IMG/VR virus record: IMGVR_UViG_3300046028_007120
Location: 1-60,393 of that record
DNA length: 60,393 nucleotides
Source: a virus
Lineage: Duplodnaviria > Caudoviricetes
Direction: 5' to 3' (one strand)
Both the position numbers and the translations under genes were made by a program. Of the stretch, positions 47,385-57,394 are shown piece after piece. The notes below the pieces were generated by a model that was not told where the DNA came from, searched no databases, and saw only the letters and a program-made list of their open reading frames with translations. Position 1 is the first letter of the stretch. Each line of letters opens with the position of its first letter.

Positions 47385-50300
47385 TTAAATCTCTGTTTGA
47401 AGTTTGTTCACATCTTTACGTTCACCGAAGATTGTGTAGTTATAAATACCAGTTGACCCGCCAACAACAACTCTTAGATTGTCTTGTGATACAACATATA
47501 ATTGCTGATAAGAACCAATTGGTGTGAGTTGAACTGTTACATTATCTTCATGAACGAGACCTGACCACTCTTCTGGCAGCTCAATGATATTTTCAGATGT
47601 CTTACCTCTAACAAGCACACTGTGCTGATTACTTTCAACAACCCCGTATTGAAGTTTTTTACCTTCTCGGGTTGGGTGATCAATTAAGAATGATTTAGTA
47701 GCGGCTGAGAAATGACCTGCTACATTAACAGATCCATCTGCAGCGATAGTCATACGAGTCGCATTGTTCGTCTGGAACAGTAAGCCTCGTGCAACTCCAC
47801 CCCCGGCTACGGCGTGACCGATGACACCGCCGATAGAGCTAGCGCTTAACGTTAACCGCTCGAAGACCGTGTTGTTTGAGGAACTCGTTCCATATATATT
47901 GAACGTCTGCGCCGCTATTCCGTTACGTAGACCTAAGATATTAGCAGCGTCTCTTTCGAGATACACACTAGCTGCGGCATCACCGAGTATTGCGCGTTCA
48001 CCGTATAGAGTTCCAGAAGCACTTAAACTACCACCTACAGTAACCTTATGGACTGTATTTGTGGTACCTATACCAAAGTTACCATTAGTACCATTTACGA
48101 TATACTTCGGAGTAGTAACATCATTATTGTTGTAAAATTGAAACTCGTTAGTAGATAGAACATCAAAGCGAGTAGCAACATAAGCGTCAGTGCGATAGAA
48201 GTCTAACCGTGAACCAGTACCTGTAGCAGTTCGTATTTTAAGAGTTGTAGGAGCACCCACAACATTCTTATACACCACTAAATCTGCATCAGGTGTTGTA
48301 GTGCCGATACCTACTTGGCCAGTACTTGATATCGATACTCGAGCAGTACCGCTTGTCTCTAAGTTAAAGTTATTAGCATCATTGGTACCGATCGTAACAG
48401 TACCTCCGAGGGTATTACCTCCATTTACAATATAACTTGCACTGTTAGTGTTGGTAGTTGTATAAGCGCTATTCCACAAATTAGAATTACCGCCGTTGAC
48501 AAATACAGCAGAAGCCATAGTTGTTGCACCGGTCTTATCAACTTTAAAGTAACTCGTACCACCTATCTGTAAATCTAATAACTTACTGTTAGTACCAGAT
48601 GCAGAACTATTAACATTTAATTTAATCGCTGTAACATCAACCCCAGCTGCATTCCAAGTATGAGAGATATTTAGAGCAGCACCAGATAGGTTAATTGCCG
48701 ATGTAGTATCAACTATCTCAAGCTTAGATGTTGGTGTGGTGGTCCCTATACCAACATTACCGCCACTAGTCACTGTCATCCTGGATGAGCCAGCAGTCTC
48801 AAGATTTAAATTAAAGTTATCGTTAGTACCTATAGTAATATTAGCACCTTTGGTATTACCGCCGTCGAGGATATAATTAGCGCTATTAGAGGCTACTGTA
48901 GAATATACACTAGACCAGTTCGCGCTATTAGCATTTGTAGTAGTGTAATTACTATTCCAATTCGCGCTATTAGCACCGGTCGTTGAATATACACTATTCC
49001 AGTTAGCGCTGTTAGCGCCAGTAGTAGTATAGACACTGCTCCAGTTAGCGCTATTAGCATTTACCGTAGTATATATACTAGCAGTATTAGCACTGACAGC
49101 GGTTACAGCTAAATATGAGCTACTCCAATTAGCGCTATTAGCATTTGTCGTTGAATATACACTGTTCCAAGATGGACTATTTGTATTGACATTGGTATAA
49201 GTACTGTTCCAATTAGCGCTGTTTGGAGCCACTGATGTATAAGCACTACTCCAATTAGCGCTGTTAGTGCCTGTGGTAGTATAGACATTATTCCAGTTAG
49301 CACTATTGGTTCTGGTAGTTGTATATACGCTGCTCCAATTCGCACTATTTGTACCGGTAGTTGTGTAGTTACTATTCCAATTAGCGCTGTTTGGAGCCAC
49401 TGCTGTATAAGCACTACTCCAATTAGCGCTGTTAGCATTTACTGTCGTGCTTGTACTAGCGCCATTAGCACTAACAGCTGTGACTGTTGCGTAAGTACTA
49501 TTCCATATGTTAGAATTACCACCGGAAGCATATACAACATTAGTTGCACTTATATTACCTACAACTGTTAGCTTTTCGGTTGGTGTTATCGTACCAATAC
49601 CTACATTACCTGATGTTGGATTCAGTAAGAGATTATAAGTTGAGCCGGATTGTAATCTTAAATCCTGATTAGTTGAACGAATATAAGTATCAGTTCCGGC
49701 AGATTTATTAAGCGTTAAATCTCCATACTGAAATGTCACTCCAAATTGGAATGATGTTACCTGTAAAACATCTATTTTTACCGGATTTCCTGCATAGCTA
49801 TTTATTGTAAGATTGCTGCCAACCATGCCCATTGAAGCTAAACTACTTGTGCCGAAAAACAGACTATTTGTGACCCTGCCGTTACCATTTAAGTCAAGAA
49901 GATATCCCGGAGCCGTTGTACCTATACCAACCTTACCGGCAATTAAAGTTCCTCCTGATGAGCCAGCTGTTGCATTACCGATTCCTATTATACCAGCACT
50001 AAGTCTCGATATTCCTGTATCGGGTCCATAATCTCCGCCAATATTGTCATTTTTATTAAAGATAAATTGACCTGTAGTACCACCAGCAACAAAAGCTCCA
50101 GTTACAATTGAATTTACATAAGTTGAATATGCATCATTAACAAAAGTAACGAAATTTATCTTTGAGGGAAGAATATTACTATATGCTGCTGGTGATCCAT
50201 TTGCTTGAAACTCAATGTATCCAGCTCCTAAATTGACCGAACTACTTTTAGCACCTGATGCTGTAATCCTACCTAATGAATCATTACTAAGAACTGCTGC

Positions 50301-53300
50301 ACCTGAAGCCCTTCTTCTTATAAACTGAGCTATAGGTACGGTAGTATCAGTGTCATTTTGTACTACCAATTGAGCTGCACCAGATGTAGCTTCTGAATAA
50401 ATATGTAGTAGGTTTGTTGGCGAAGTCGTTCCAATACCTACGGTACCTGCATTTGTTACGGTCATTTTTGTAGTACCGCCAGTTTCGAGATTTAGATCAA
50501 AACTATCATTAGTGCCGATTAGTAAGTTTGTGCCCTTCGAATTACCACCAGCTAAAATATAATTAGCACTGTTAGCATTAACAGTTGTATAAGTGCTATT
50601 CCAGTTAGCGCTGTTACCATTTGTAGTAGTGTAATTACTATTCCATGAACCAGAATTACCACCTGCAGCATATATAATACTATTTGAACTTATACTACCA
50701 GAGACAGTCAATCTTTCAGACGGACTAGCTATACCTAAGCCTACAAATCCATTGTTTGCAAATATAATATCTCCAGTACCTTCAGCATCAATAAAATGTG
50801 CAATAGGTTGTGTACCGGTCTGTCTTACATATAGAGCTGGACCAGTACCTGTGTTAACTACAGATAGCGCGCTAGTTACACTGACACTTGTATTTAGATA
50901 AGTGAAATCACCTTGAACGGATAAGTTACCAGTTACGGTAAGATTGTTAAAGGACGGGCTACTGTTTGAAGAGACGAAATTTGCACTAGCAGCGTTATAG
51001 CTACTATATACATTACTCCAATTCGCACTATTAGCACCTGTAGTAGTATAATTACTATTCCAATTAGCGCTGTTTGGAGATACAGCAGTATAGGAACTAC
51101 TCCAGTTAGCGCTGTTAGCATTTGTCGTTGTGTATACACTAGACCAGTTAGCGCTGTTAGCATTTGTCGTTGTGTATACACTAGACCAGTTTGCACTATT
51201 AGCATTTGTAGTAGTATAGTTACTAGTCCAGTTAGCGCTATTAGTATTTACAGTTGTATATGTACTATTCCATAAGTTTGAATTACCACCAGATGCATAT
51301 ATAACATTAGACGAACTTATAACACCAGCGACAGTAGTACTACCTACAAACTCAGCATTAGTTGCTTTAATACTACCGGCAAACGATCCTGCACCACTCG
51401 TACCGATACCTATAAGACCAGCTGATATGCGAGTTATTCCAGTATCTGCACTAGCGCCGATATTAGTATCAGCAGATGCAGAGTTTGTACTAGCCCATAC
51501 AAGTCGCATTTGAGAATCAAAACCGACACCTCCGATACCGCCGCCCATGTTTAATGAAAACTGAACAGCGCGGTTATTTCCATTAAAGACTTCAAAGCCA
51601 GATGCTCCAAGCATACCGTACGCACTATCGTCAGCAAGCCGGACCGCAAGCCGACCGGTTCCAAATGAGCTGTTACGTACTGCAGTAAATGTATTAGTAG
51701 TACCTCCAATTCTAATAAGTTTTGTACTGCCTATATTAACATCTGCTAATGAGCTAGTACCAGCTACACTAAGAGTAGTAGAGAATGTACCAGCAGCTGC
51801 TGTAATTGAACCATCTGCACTATCATTACCGTTCCTAACCTTGAGAGTAGTTCCAGATCCAACAATAGAGCAATACCCACTTGTACCTCCACCAATGAGT
51901 AGTCTACTAGCTCCTTGAGCTGCAAACTTATGAGGGAATCTAATACCAGAATTAGATCTAGTTGGGTAATACTCAACTGACATTACATTGGTACTATTAC
52001 CAGGAGGGGATGTAGTCTCCAACTCTAATTTAGTTAAGTAGTTACCTCCGAGACTAGCTCTCCAAACTCCCCACTGCGAATCACCGGTAATATTAGTTGC
52101 AGTATACCAGCTACCCCATGCACCTGCAGAATTATTCCAAAGTCTAAAACGAACGCTTTGTGCGTTTTGCAGATAGTAGCACCTTAAGATAGCTGTCCCC
52201 TCCGCGTAAACCATTCCGTTTACATCTGTAAGTTCTGATGAAGGCCACTCTATCGTCTGAGTAAACACACCACTCGCTGCAGCAGTACCAGTATTAGTAA
52301 CGGTTAGACGCGTGTTGTAACCGTGTAAGATATCGTTAGTAGCTGCATCTAGTAACCATGGTGTTGATGCGTAGCTAGTGCTAGCACTATACGAATTATT
52401 TAAACAAGCATAATTATTAAGTACTCGTTGCTGAGTACCTGTCTCATCTGCTATAGTAACTAAGCTCGTAGGTGATATAGCCATACGAGTTGACCCATCC
52501 ATAAAAAATTGTATAGATCTCGTTGTTCCACCTACACTTCCCTTTTCTGTTTGAAATCTAAGTATGTTAGAGTCCCACTTAATGTTTAGGCGCTCAAATG
52601 TAGTGGCGTCTGTGTAGGTGTTGTAGAGTCTGAATGCTTGAGGATTGACGCCGTTGCGTTGAGCTAGAGTTCCAGCTGCGTCTCGGAAAAGTGCTGTATC
52701 ATAAGTTGCTCCTGTACCTCCACTTGAAAAACCTATACCTCCACTGCTCGATGTTATAAGTCCAATTATGTTTACATCAATATAACTAGTAGCCCTAAAT
52801 CCTCCTCCTCCTATAAGGGTTACACCAGTAGAACCTGCTAAGGTTAAGTCTCCTAGCTTATTAACTTTAAACTTACTAACGGTATCCACTTGCAAATCTA
52901 AAAGATTACTAGCCGCTCCAGAAGCTGTATTTGTTACATTTAACTTGATCGCGTTCGGCGCGCCTGTTGTATTCCAGGTTTGAGCTATATTTAAAGCTGA
53001 ACCTGATAAAGCACCTGACACCGCTAGTGTAGTATCTAGTATATCCAGTTTAGCAGTAGAACTACTTGTTCCTAATCCTAGATTTCCTGAACTTATAAAA
53101 CTATTACCATTTCCTGTTATAAATACAGTATTTGAATTAGATCCATTGAACAAATATAAAGCTCCAGATCCAGTACCTTCGTCCACTAACCAAGCCGTTC
53201 TATCATCATCAGCTCTTTTTAATTTTAAACCATCTACAGATCCTGTCGTTACTATTTCTAATTTAGTGGATGGAGTTGTAGTTCCAATACCAACATTACC

Positions 53301-55007
53301 GGTAGCTCCATCAAGAGTTAAAGGAGTTTGACCACTATTTTGGCTTGCGAATCTAAGAAATCCTGATGTATTACTGTTCGATGAAGTTATATTCCACCAG
53401 CCGAAGTTACCATTTCTTAAGGTTAGAGTTACATTCTTCTGAGATCCAGTACTATCAGAAATATCGAGTATAGTAGATGGAGTTGTAGTTCCAATACCAA
53501 CAAAGCCTGCGCTGGTCACAGTCATCCTCGTCGTACCTGCAGTAGCGAACTCTAAGTCTCTATTTTGACCTGTACCTACTGCACTTAAACCAATCTGAGT
53601 AGCGCTTGTTGTACCGGTATTCGTTCGAATAAAGAATCTCTCGTAATTAGAAGCATCAGTATAGGTTCTGTATACTCTTAATTCTTGTGGATTAACTCCA
53701 TTACGTTGAGCTAAAGTTCCGACCGTATCTCGTAGTATAAACAGGTCATTACCGCCGTTGTAATTGTTATTGGTATTGTTCCAGCTAATACGAGCTGTGT
53801 TAATTAAACTAACTCCATTGTAGTTACCAGCCGGATGGTATAGATTGTAACCAATTAAGGCACCTTCTGGTCCAGCGATATAAACATTACCTCCGCCAAT
53901 AGCATAAAAACCTGCCCCAGCCGCACAATAGACTATACCTGATTTATCTACTTTAAACTTACTAACAGTATCAACTTGCAAATCTAAAAGATTACTTGCA
54001 GCACCAGAGGCCGTATTTGTTACATTTAACTTAATCGCAGTGGGTGCACCACTCGTTGCCCAGGTCTGTGTAAGGTTTAAGATTGATCCTGATAGCCCAG
54101 TGCTACCTGCTAGTGCTGTATCTGCTATATCAAGTTTAGCCACCGGTGATGTAGTACCGATACCAATACTATTCTGAACTAAAAGATTTCCATTAGTGGG
54201 GTATTGTGCGATATAAGAATTACCAACTACAACGCCTCCGCTTCTAGAGATTATAAAAGTTGCATCACTCTCTGTCTTCGGTACTGCGCTCGCTTCATTA
54301 CCAGTAGTAAACCGGATGTCTCCATTACCGTAACCACCTACCGGTACGCTCCATATTGCAGCTTTATTCTCAGACCTGGTAAACTTAAAAGCTTTAACTC
54401 CGCTATTATAATTATCACCTATAGCTAATACATCCTGAGCATACACCAGTGATTTTAATATCTGTATATCAGCACTTGTTATTCTTATACCAGTGTCACT
54501 TTGTATAGCATTTGTAGAGTCGCCCCCTCCGGCTACCCGAAATTCTAAACTACCTCTGCCGTTACCTCCAGTACGTATACCGACAATCGACGCGGCGTAC
54601 GAATTTGTAGGAGCAGGTATGAAACCGAATCTAATCTCGTGAATACCATCATTAGTGGCTGATGTACCTAAATATATATTAGAGTTAATCCCAGATATTA
54701 GATGTAACGGACTTGCTGGTACTGTTGTACCAATACCAACACTACCTGCACTAGTAACGGTTACTTTTGTGGTACCAGCAGTCTCAAGATTTAAATTAAA
54801 GTTATCGTTAGTACCTATAGTGAGAGCAGATCCAAGCGAATTACCATCGACAAGTGCAGCGAGACCACTTAGACTTGGCTGTAAGCCTAAGTACTGTCTT
54901 GCACTCACAGTTGGAAATATAGCATTACCTACATTATCTATTACTGAGACTGATGGTATACCAACAGATATACCATTTTTTGCGTTGAATTTATTGTTTA
55001 ATGCCAT
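47385..55007 (-). CDS. Giant modular tail fibre (2540 aa)
   Basis: N-terminal FNAKNG anchor, many GxVGIGTTxP modules, NSANW repeats, and a C-terminal KSFLIDHP...LPEEW..LV...VQLTPIG...GERKDV domain. Confidence 0.88.
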   Translation of the reverse strand: MALNNKFNAKNGISVGIPSVSVIDNVGNAIFPTVSARQYLGLQPSLSGLAALVDGNSLGSALTIGTNDNFNLNLETAGTTKVTVTSAGSVGIGTTVPASPLHLISGINSNIYLGTSATNDGIHEIRFGFIPAPTNSYAASIVGIRTGGNGRGSLEFRVAGGGDSTNAIQSDTGIRITSADIQILKSLVYAQDVLAIGDNYNSGVKAFKFTRSENKAAIWSVPVGGYGNGDIRFTTGNEASAVPKTESDATFIISRSGGVVVGNSYIAQYPTNGNLLVQNSIGIGTTSPVAKLDIADTALAGSTGLSGSILNLTQTWATSGAPTAIKLNVTNTASGAASNLLDLQVDTVSKFKVDKSGIVYCAAGAGFYAIGGGNVYIAGPEGALIGYNLYHPAGNYNGVSLINTARISWNNTNNNYNGGNDLFILRDTVGTLAQRNGVNPQELRVYRTYTDASNYERFFIRTNTGTTSATQIGLSAVGTGQNRDLEFATAGTTRMTVTSAGFVGIGTTTPSTILDISDSTGSQKNVTLTLRNGNFGWWNITSSNSNTSGFLRFASQNSGQTPLTLDGATGNVGIGTTTPSTKLEIVTTGSVDGLKLKRADDDRTAWLVDEGTGSGALYLFNGSNSNTVFITGNGNSFISSGNLGLGTSSSTAKLDILDTTLAVSGALSGSALNIAQTWNTTGAPNAIKLNVTNTASGAASNLLDLQVDTVSKFKVNKLGDLTLAGSTGVTLIGGGGFRATSYIDVNIIGLITSSSGGIGFSSGGTGATYDTALFRDAAGTLAQRNGVNPQAFRLYNTYTDATTFERLNIKWDSNILRFQTEKGSVGGTTRSIQFFMDGSTRMAISPTSLVTIADETGTQQRVLNNYACLNNSYSASTSYASTPWLLDAATNDILHGYNTRLTVTNTGTAAASGVFTQTIEWPSSELTDVNGMVYAEGTAILRCYYLQNAQSVRFRLWNNSAGAWGSWYTATNITGDSQWGVWRASLGGNYLTKLELETTSPPGNSTNVMSVEYYPTRSNSGIRFPHKFAAQGASRLLIGGGTSGYCSIVGSGTTLKVRNGNDSADGSITAAAGTFSTTLSVAGTSSLADVNIGSTKLIRIGGTTNTFTAVRNSSFGTGRLAVRLADDSAYGMLGASGFEVFNGNNRAVQFSLNMGGGIGGVGFDSQMRLVWASTNSASADTNIGASADTGITRISAGLIGIGTSGAGSFAGSIKATNAEFVGSTTVAGVISSSNVIYASGGNSNLWNSTYTTVNTNSANWTSNYTTTNANSANWSSVYTTTNANSANWSSVYTTTNANSANWSSSYTAVSPNSANWNSNYTTTGANSANWSNVYSSYNAASANFVSSNSSPSFNNLTVTGNLSVQGDFTYLNTSVSVTSALSVVNTGTGPALYVRQTGTQPIAHFIDAEGTGDIIFANNGFVGLGIASPSERLTVSGSISSNSIIYAAGGNSGSWNSNYTTTNGNSANWNSTYTTVNANSANYILAGGNSKGTNLLIGTNDSFDLNLETGGTTKMTVTNAGTVGIGTTSPTNLLHIYSEATSGAAQLVVQNDTDTTVPIAQFIRRRASGAAVLSNDSLGRITASGAKSSSVNLGAGYIEFQANGSPAAYSNILPSKINFVTFVNDAYSTYVNSIVTGAFVAGGTTGQFIFNKNDNIGGDYGPDTGISRLSAGIIGIGNATAGSSGGTLIAGKVGIGTTAPGYLLDLNGNGRVTNSLFFGTSSLASMGMVGSNLTINSYAGNPVKIDVLQVTSFQFGVTFQYGDLTLNKSAGTDTYIRSTNQDLRLQSGSTYNLLLNPTSGNVGIGTITPTEKLTVVGNISATNVVYASGGNSNIWNSTYATVTAVSANGASTSTTVNANSANWSSAYTAVAPNSANWNSNYTTTGTNSANWSSVYTTTRTNSANWNNVYTTTGTNSANWSSAYTSVAPNSANWNSTYTNVNTNSPSWNSVYSTTNANSANWSSSYLAVTAVSANTASIYTTVNANSANWSSVYTTTGANSANWNSVYSTTGANSANWNSNYTTTNANSANWSSVYSTVASNSANYILDGGNTKGANITIGTNDNFNLNLETAGSSRMTVTSGGNVGIGTTTPTSKLEIVDTTSAINLSGAALNISHTWNAAGVDVTAIKLNVNSSASGTNSKLLDLQIGGTSYFKVDKTGATTMASAVFVNGGNSNLWNSAYTTTNTNSASYIVNGGNTLGGTVTIGTNDANNFNLETSGTARVSISSTGQVGIGTTTPDADLVVYKNVVGAPTTLKIRTATGTGSRLDFYRTDAYVATRFDVLSTNEFQFYNNNDVTTPKYIVNGTNGNFGIGTTNTVHKVTVGGSLSASGTLYGERAILGDAAASVYLERDAANILGLRNGIAAQTFNIYGTSSSNNTVFERLTLSASSIGGVIGHAVAGGGVARGLLFQTNNATRMTIAADGSVNVAGHFSAATKSFLIDHPTREGKKLQYGVVESNQHSVLVRGKTSENIIELPEEWSGLVHEDNVTVQLTPIGSYQQLYVVSQDNLRVVVGGSTGIYNYTIFGERKDVNKLQTEI
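48875..49505. repeat. 42-bp (14-aa) tandem coding repeat, (T/A)NSANWxSxYTTT, block 1
   Basis: About 15 units in the translation. DNA core CCA(A/G)TTAGCGCT(A/G)TTAG recurs. Confidence 0.88.
50985..51275. repeat. 42-bp (14-aa) NSANW tandem coding repeat, block 2
   Basis: About 7 units, two of them exact 42-bp copies near 51102-51185. A short third block lies at about 50565-50645. Confidence 0.88.
52864..54140. repeat. Internal duplication of about 190 bp (52864-53054 and 53950-54140) in the fibre gene
   Basis: Both copies encode AKLDI.DT.LA.S..LSGS.LN..QTW.T.GAP.AIKLNVTNTASGAASNLLDLQVDTVSKFKV. Confidence 0.88.
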
Positions 55008-55033
55008 ATACTCGGTTCCGTTCCCCTCGTATA
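55007..55033 (-). promoter_or_regulatory. Putative 5'-UTR hairpin overlapping the fibre start codon
   Basis: UAUAC-GA-GG-[GGAACGGAA]-CC-GA-GUAUA(UG). Confidence 0.5.
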
Positions 55034-55076
55034 AAGTATTTACATAGATATTATGTAAATCTACTTTAAAATGTTA

Positions 55077-57365
55077 TTATGCTGCAACAGTACGTTGTGC
55101 AACACCGTGTATAGAGGCAATACATGAGCCAGTTGTTGTAATAGCAAGATCAATAGTAGTGCTAGCTACAGTTACATCAACATTAGATAGAAGAGAAGTT
55201 GCTTGAGCATCGATTATTGCATAAACAGTACCAAATCCCTCAGTACCATTATAGACTATAAGTGTTTCAAAAGCTGTTCTTGTTGAACCGGTAGAAAGAC
55301 TTATAACATATCGTGCAGACTCAACATCAGCTTTCGCGAAGGTTGTTACAGTATTTACTCCTGATGAAAGTGATTGAGCAAATACTCTTGTATTAGTATA
55401 ACTAGCTGTTACACCACCTTCAGAGTACTGTTGAACTCTATGAGGGCTTGTTATAATTACGTTACCACCTATTGTAACATCGTCGCCATTATCGGTTATA
55501 GTGGAGTTAGTAATACCAGACGCATCAGAGAACTTCGGAACTGTATTAGCAGTTCTAGTAGAAGTACCGCTGATGAGAGCAGCTGCTGTACTCCAGACAC
55601 CAGAGTTAATTGTGCGGTTTTGTAGAGTACCACTTGAATCAATAACAACACTGTTTGTAGTACCTGCAGCTAGACCACCAAGCTTTAATGTACCACTTGC
55701 AGATATACTACCTACAACGGAAAGTTTTTCACTTGGTACAGCACCGGCAGGTGTACCAACTCCTATACTTCCTGAGTCAGAGAAGGTAATTGTACCACCC
55801 TGTCTATCAACAAATACAGCAATAGGTTCAGTACCGCTCTGTTCCGCGTAGAATGCCGGTCCTGTACCTGTATTTATAACAGATAGAGCAGAAGTTACAC
55901 TAACTACGGTATCAAGTTGAGTAGTAGTACCTTGTACAGTTAAGTTACCAGCTATAGTAGTATTACCATCGACGATTAAGCTATCATTGGTACGAAGCGT
56001 ATTAGCGCTATCCCTATATAGAGTAACATCAGTACCAAGTACTAATGCATCAGCTATTGTAGTAGCATTCGGAAAGTTAATCGGTCCCGCGTTAATAGTT
56101 AAGGTATCGGTATTTGTATCACCTAAGGTTATATTACCATTAACTGTCAAATTAGCACCTACAATGAAACTGTCATCTGTTTTTAGAGTATCAGCAGCAC
56201 TTCTATATAAATTAGCATCCCCAATCGTTATAGTTCCACTCGCAGGCATTGTGAGTGCAGCACCTAGAGTTACATTACCTACAGCGATTAACGCACCATT
56301 TAAGAAAGTAGTGCCGGTTACACCAAAGTTACCATTAGCAGTAAGAGAGCCACCAACACTGACAGCTCCACCAGATTGAGTTATAACAGAGTTAACTAAT
56401 TGACCGTTACTATCATCCCAATAGGTTATAGTATTATTGCTTAAAGCTGCGGCATTCTTCAGTATTAGTTTCTCACTACTTATAGCTAAGCCTTCACCGA
56501 AGAGGTCATTTAAAAAGGCCGTGAAAGTTATATACTTATTAACACCGTCATTTACGAAAATTTTGGTAGCACCAACTAAGTCAGATGTTAAAGCTCCTGG
56601 AAATATCGCATTAGCATTAAGATTAGTTAATGCTGAACCATCACCAGATAAGGCGACTGCTGATAATCCTCCGTTTACAGTTAATCCAGCAAATGTCGGC
56701 GTACCAGTTGTTCCTAAGTTAGTTAGATTTCTAGTTACTGATCCACCATCTAGTTCTACAACGTTAAACGCACCCTGCGTTCCGGTTACTGTAACATCAT
56801 CTATGATAGTACCGGACGCAGCACTATACGCAGAATATACACTAACACCTTGAGCGTATGCTGTATTCCAGTTGGCACTATTAGCATTAGTAGTTGAATA
56901 GGTACTGTCCCACTTAGATGAGAGTGTATTAGTCGTTGCGTAACTCGAGTCATACTTCGAAGAGAGGGAATTGAATGAAGTATAAGTTGATTCCCATCTA
57001 CTAGATAATGTATTAGTTGTAGTACGAAGACTTACAAGAGATGCGTCAGTAAGAGTACTGCTAGCAAATGCAGATCCATTCCATTGAGTTAGAAAGCCTG
57101 TACCTAATGTAGATGCACCCGCAACCGCAATGGTCGCTGTAGATCCTCCATTATAAGAGAAGGTTACAATACCAGAACCTTGTGTTAAGTTAGCTAGTGT
57201 AATGTTAGCAAAGACTGTAGACAAGTCTCTACCACCAGATAGAATCCTACCAAAAGTATCTATTGCTACTTTAGTTGAATCATATGCTGCCGCTCCAGCT
57301 TTAAATAAGCCGCTAACGCCAACATTAAGTGAATCTTTTACCCGAAAATCTCTTGTAAGTGCCAT
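55077..57365 (-). CDS. Tail-fibre-like virion protein (762 aa)
   Basis: DFRVKDSL anchor, 14-aa W/Y repeats, a TSALSV.NTGTGPA module shared with the 2540-aa fibre, and a C-terminal SARY domain. Confidence 0.8.
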   Translation of the reverse strand: MALTRDFRVKDSLNVGVSGLFKAGAAAYDSTKVAIDTFGRILSGGRDLSTVFANITLANLTQGSGIVTFSYNGGSTATIAVAGASTLGTGFLTQWNGSAFASSTLTDASLVSLRTTTNTLSSRWESTYTSFNSLSSKYDSSYATTNTLSSKWDSTYSTTNANSANWNTAYAQGVSVYSAYSAASGTIIDDVTVTGTQGAFNVVELDGGSVTRNLTNLGTTGTPTFAGLTVNGGLSAVALSGDGSALTNLNANAIFPGALTSDLVGATKIFVNDGVNKYITFTAFLNDLFGEGLAISSEKLILKNAAALSNNTITYWDDSNGQLVNSVITQSGGAVSVGGSLTANGNFGVTGTTFLNGALIAVGNVTLGAALTMPASGTITIGDANLYRSAADTLKTDDSFIVGANLTVNGNITLGDTNTDTLTINAGPINFPNATTIADALVLGTDVTLYRDSANTLRTNDSLIVDGNTTIAGNLTVQGTTTQLDTVVSVTSALSVINTGTGPAFYAEQSGTEPIAVFVDRQGGTITFSDSGSIGVGTPAGAVPSEKLSVVGSISASGTLKLGGLAAGTTNSVVIDSSGTLQNRTINSGVWSTAAALISGTSTRTANTVPKFSDASGITNSTITDNGDDVTIGGNVIITSPHRVQQYSEGGVTASYTNTRVFAQSLSSGVNTVTTFAKADVESARYVISLSTGSTRTAFETLIVYNGTEGFGTVYAIIDAQATSLLSNVDVTVASTTIDLAITTTGSCIASIHGVAQRTVAA

Positions 57366-57394
57366 ATTAATACTTATGCCTTACATTATATTTT

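Noticed and set aside
43992-55007. Diversity-generating retroelement or invertible shufflon acting on fibres/lectins
   Set aside because: No reverse transcriptase or recombinase in the window, and no repeat pair differing only at adenines was seen.
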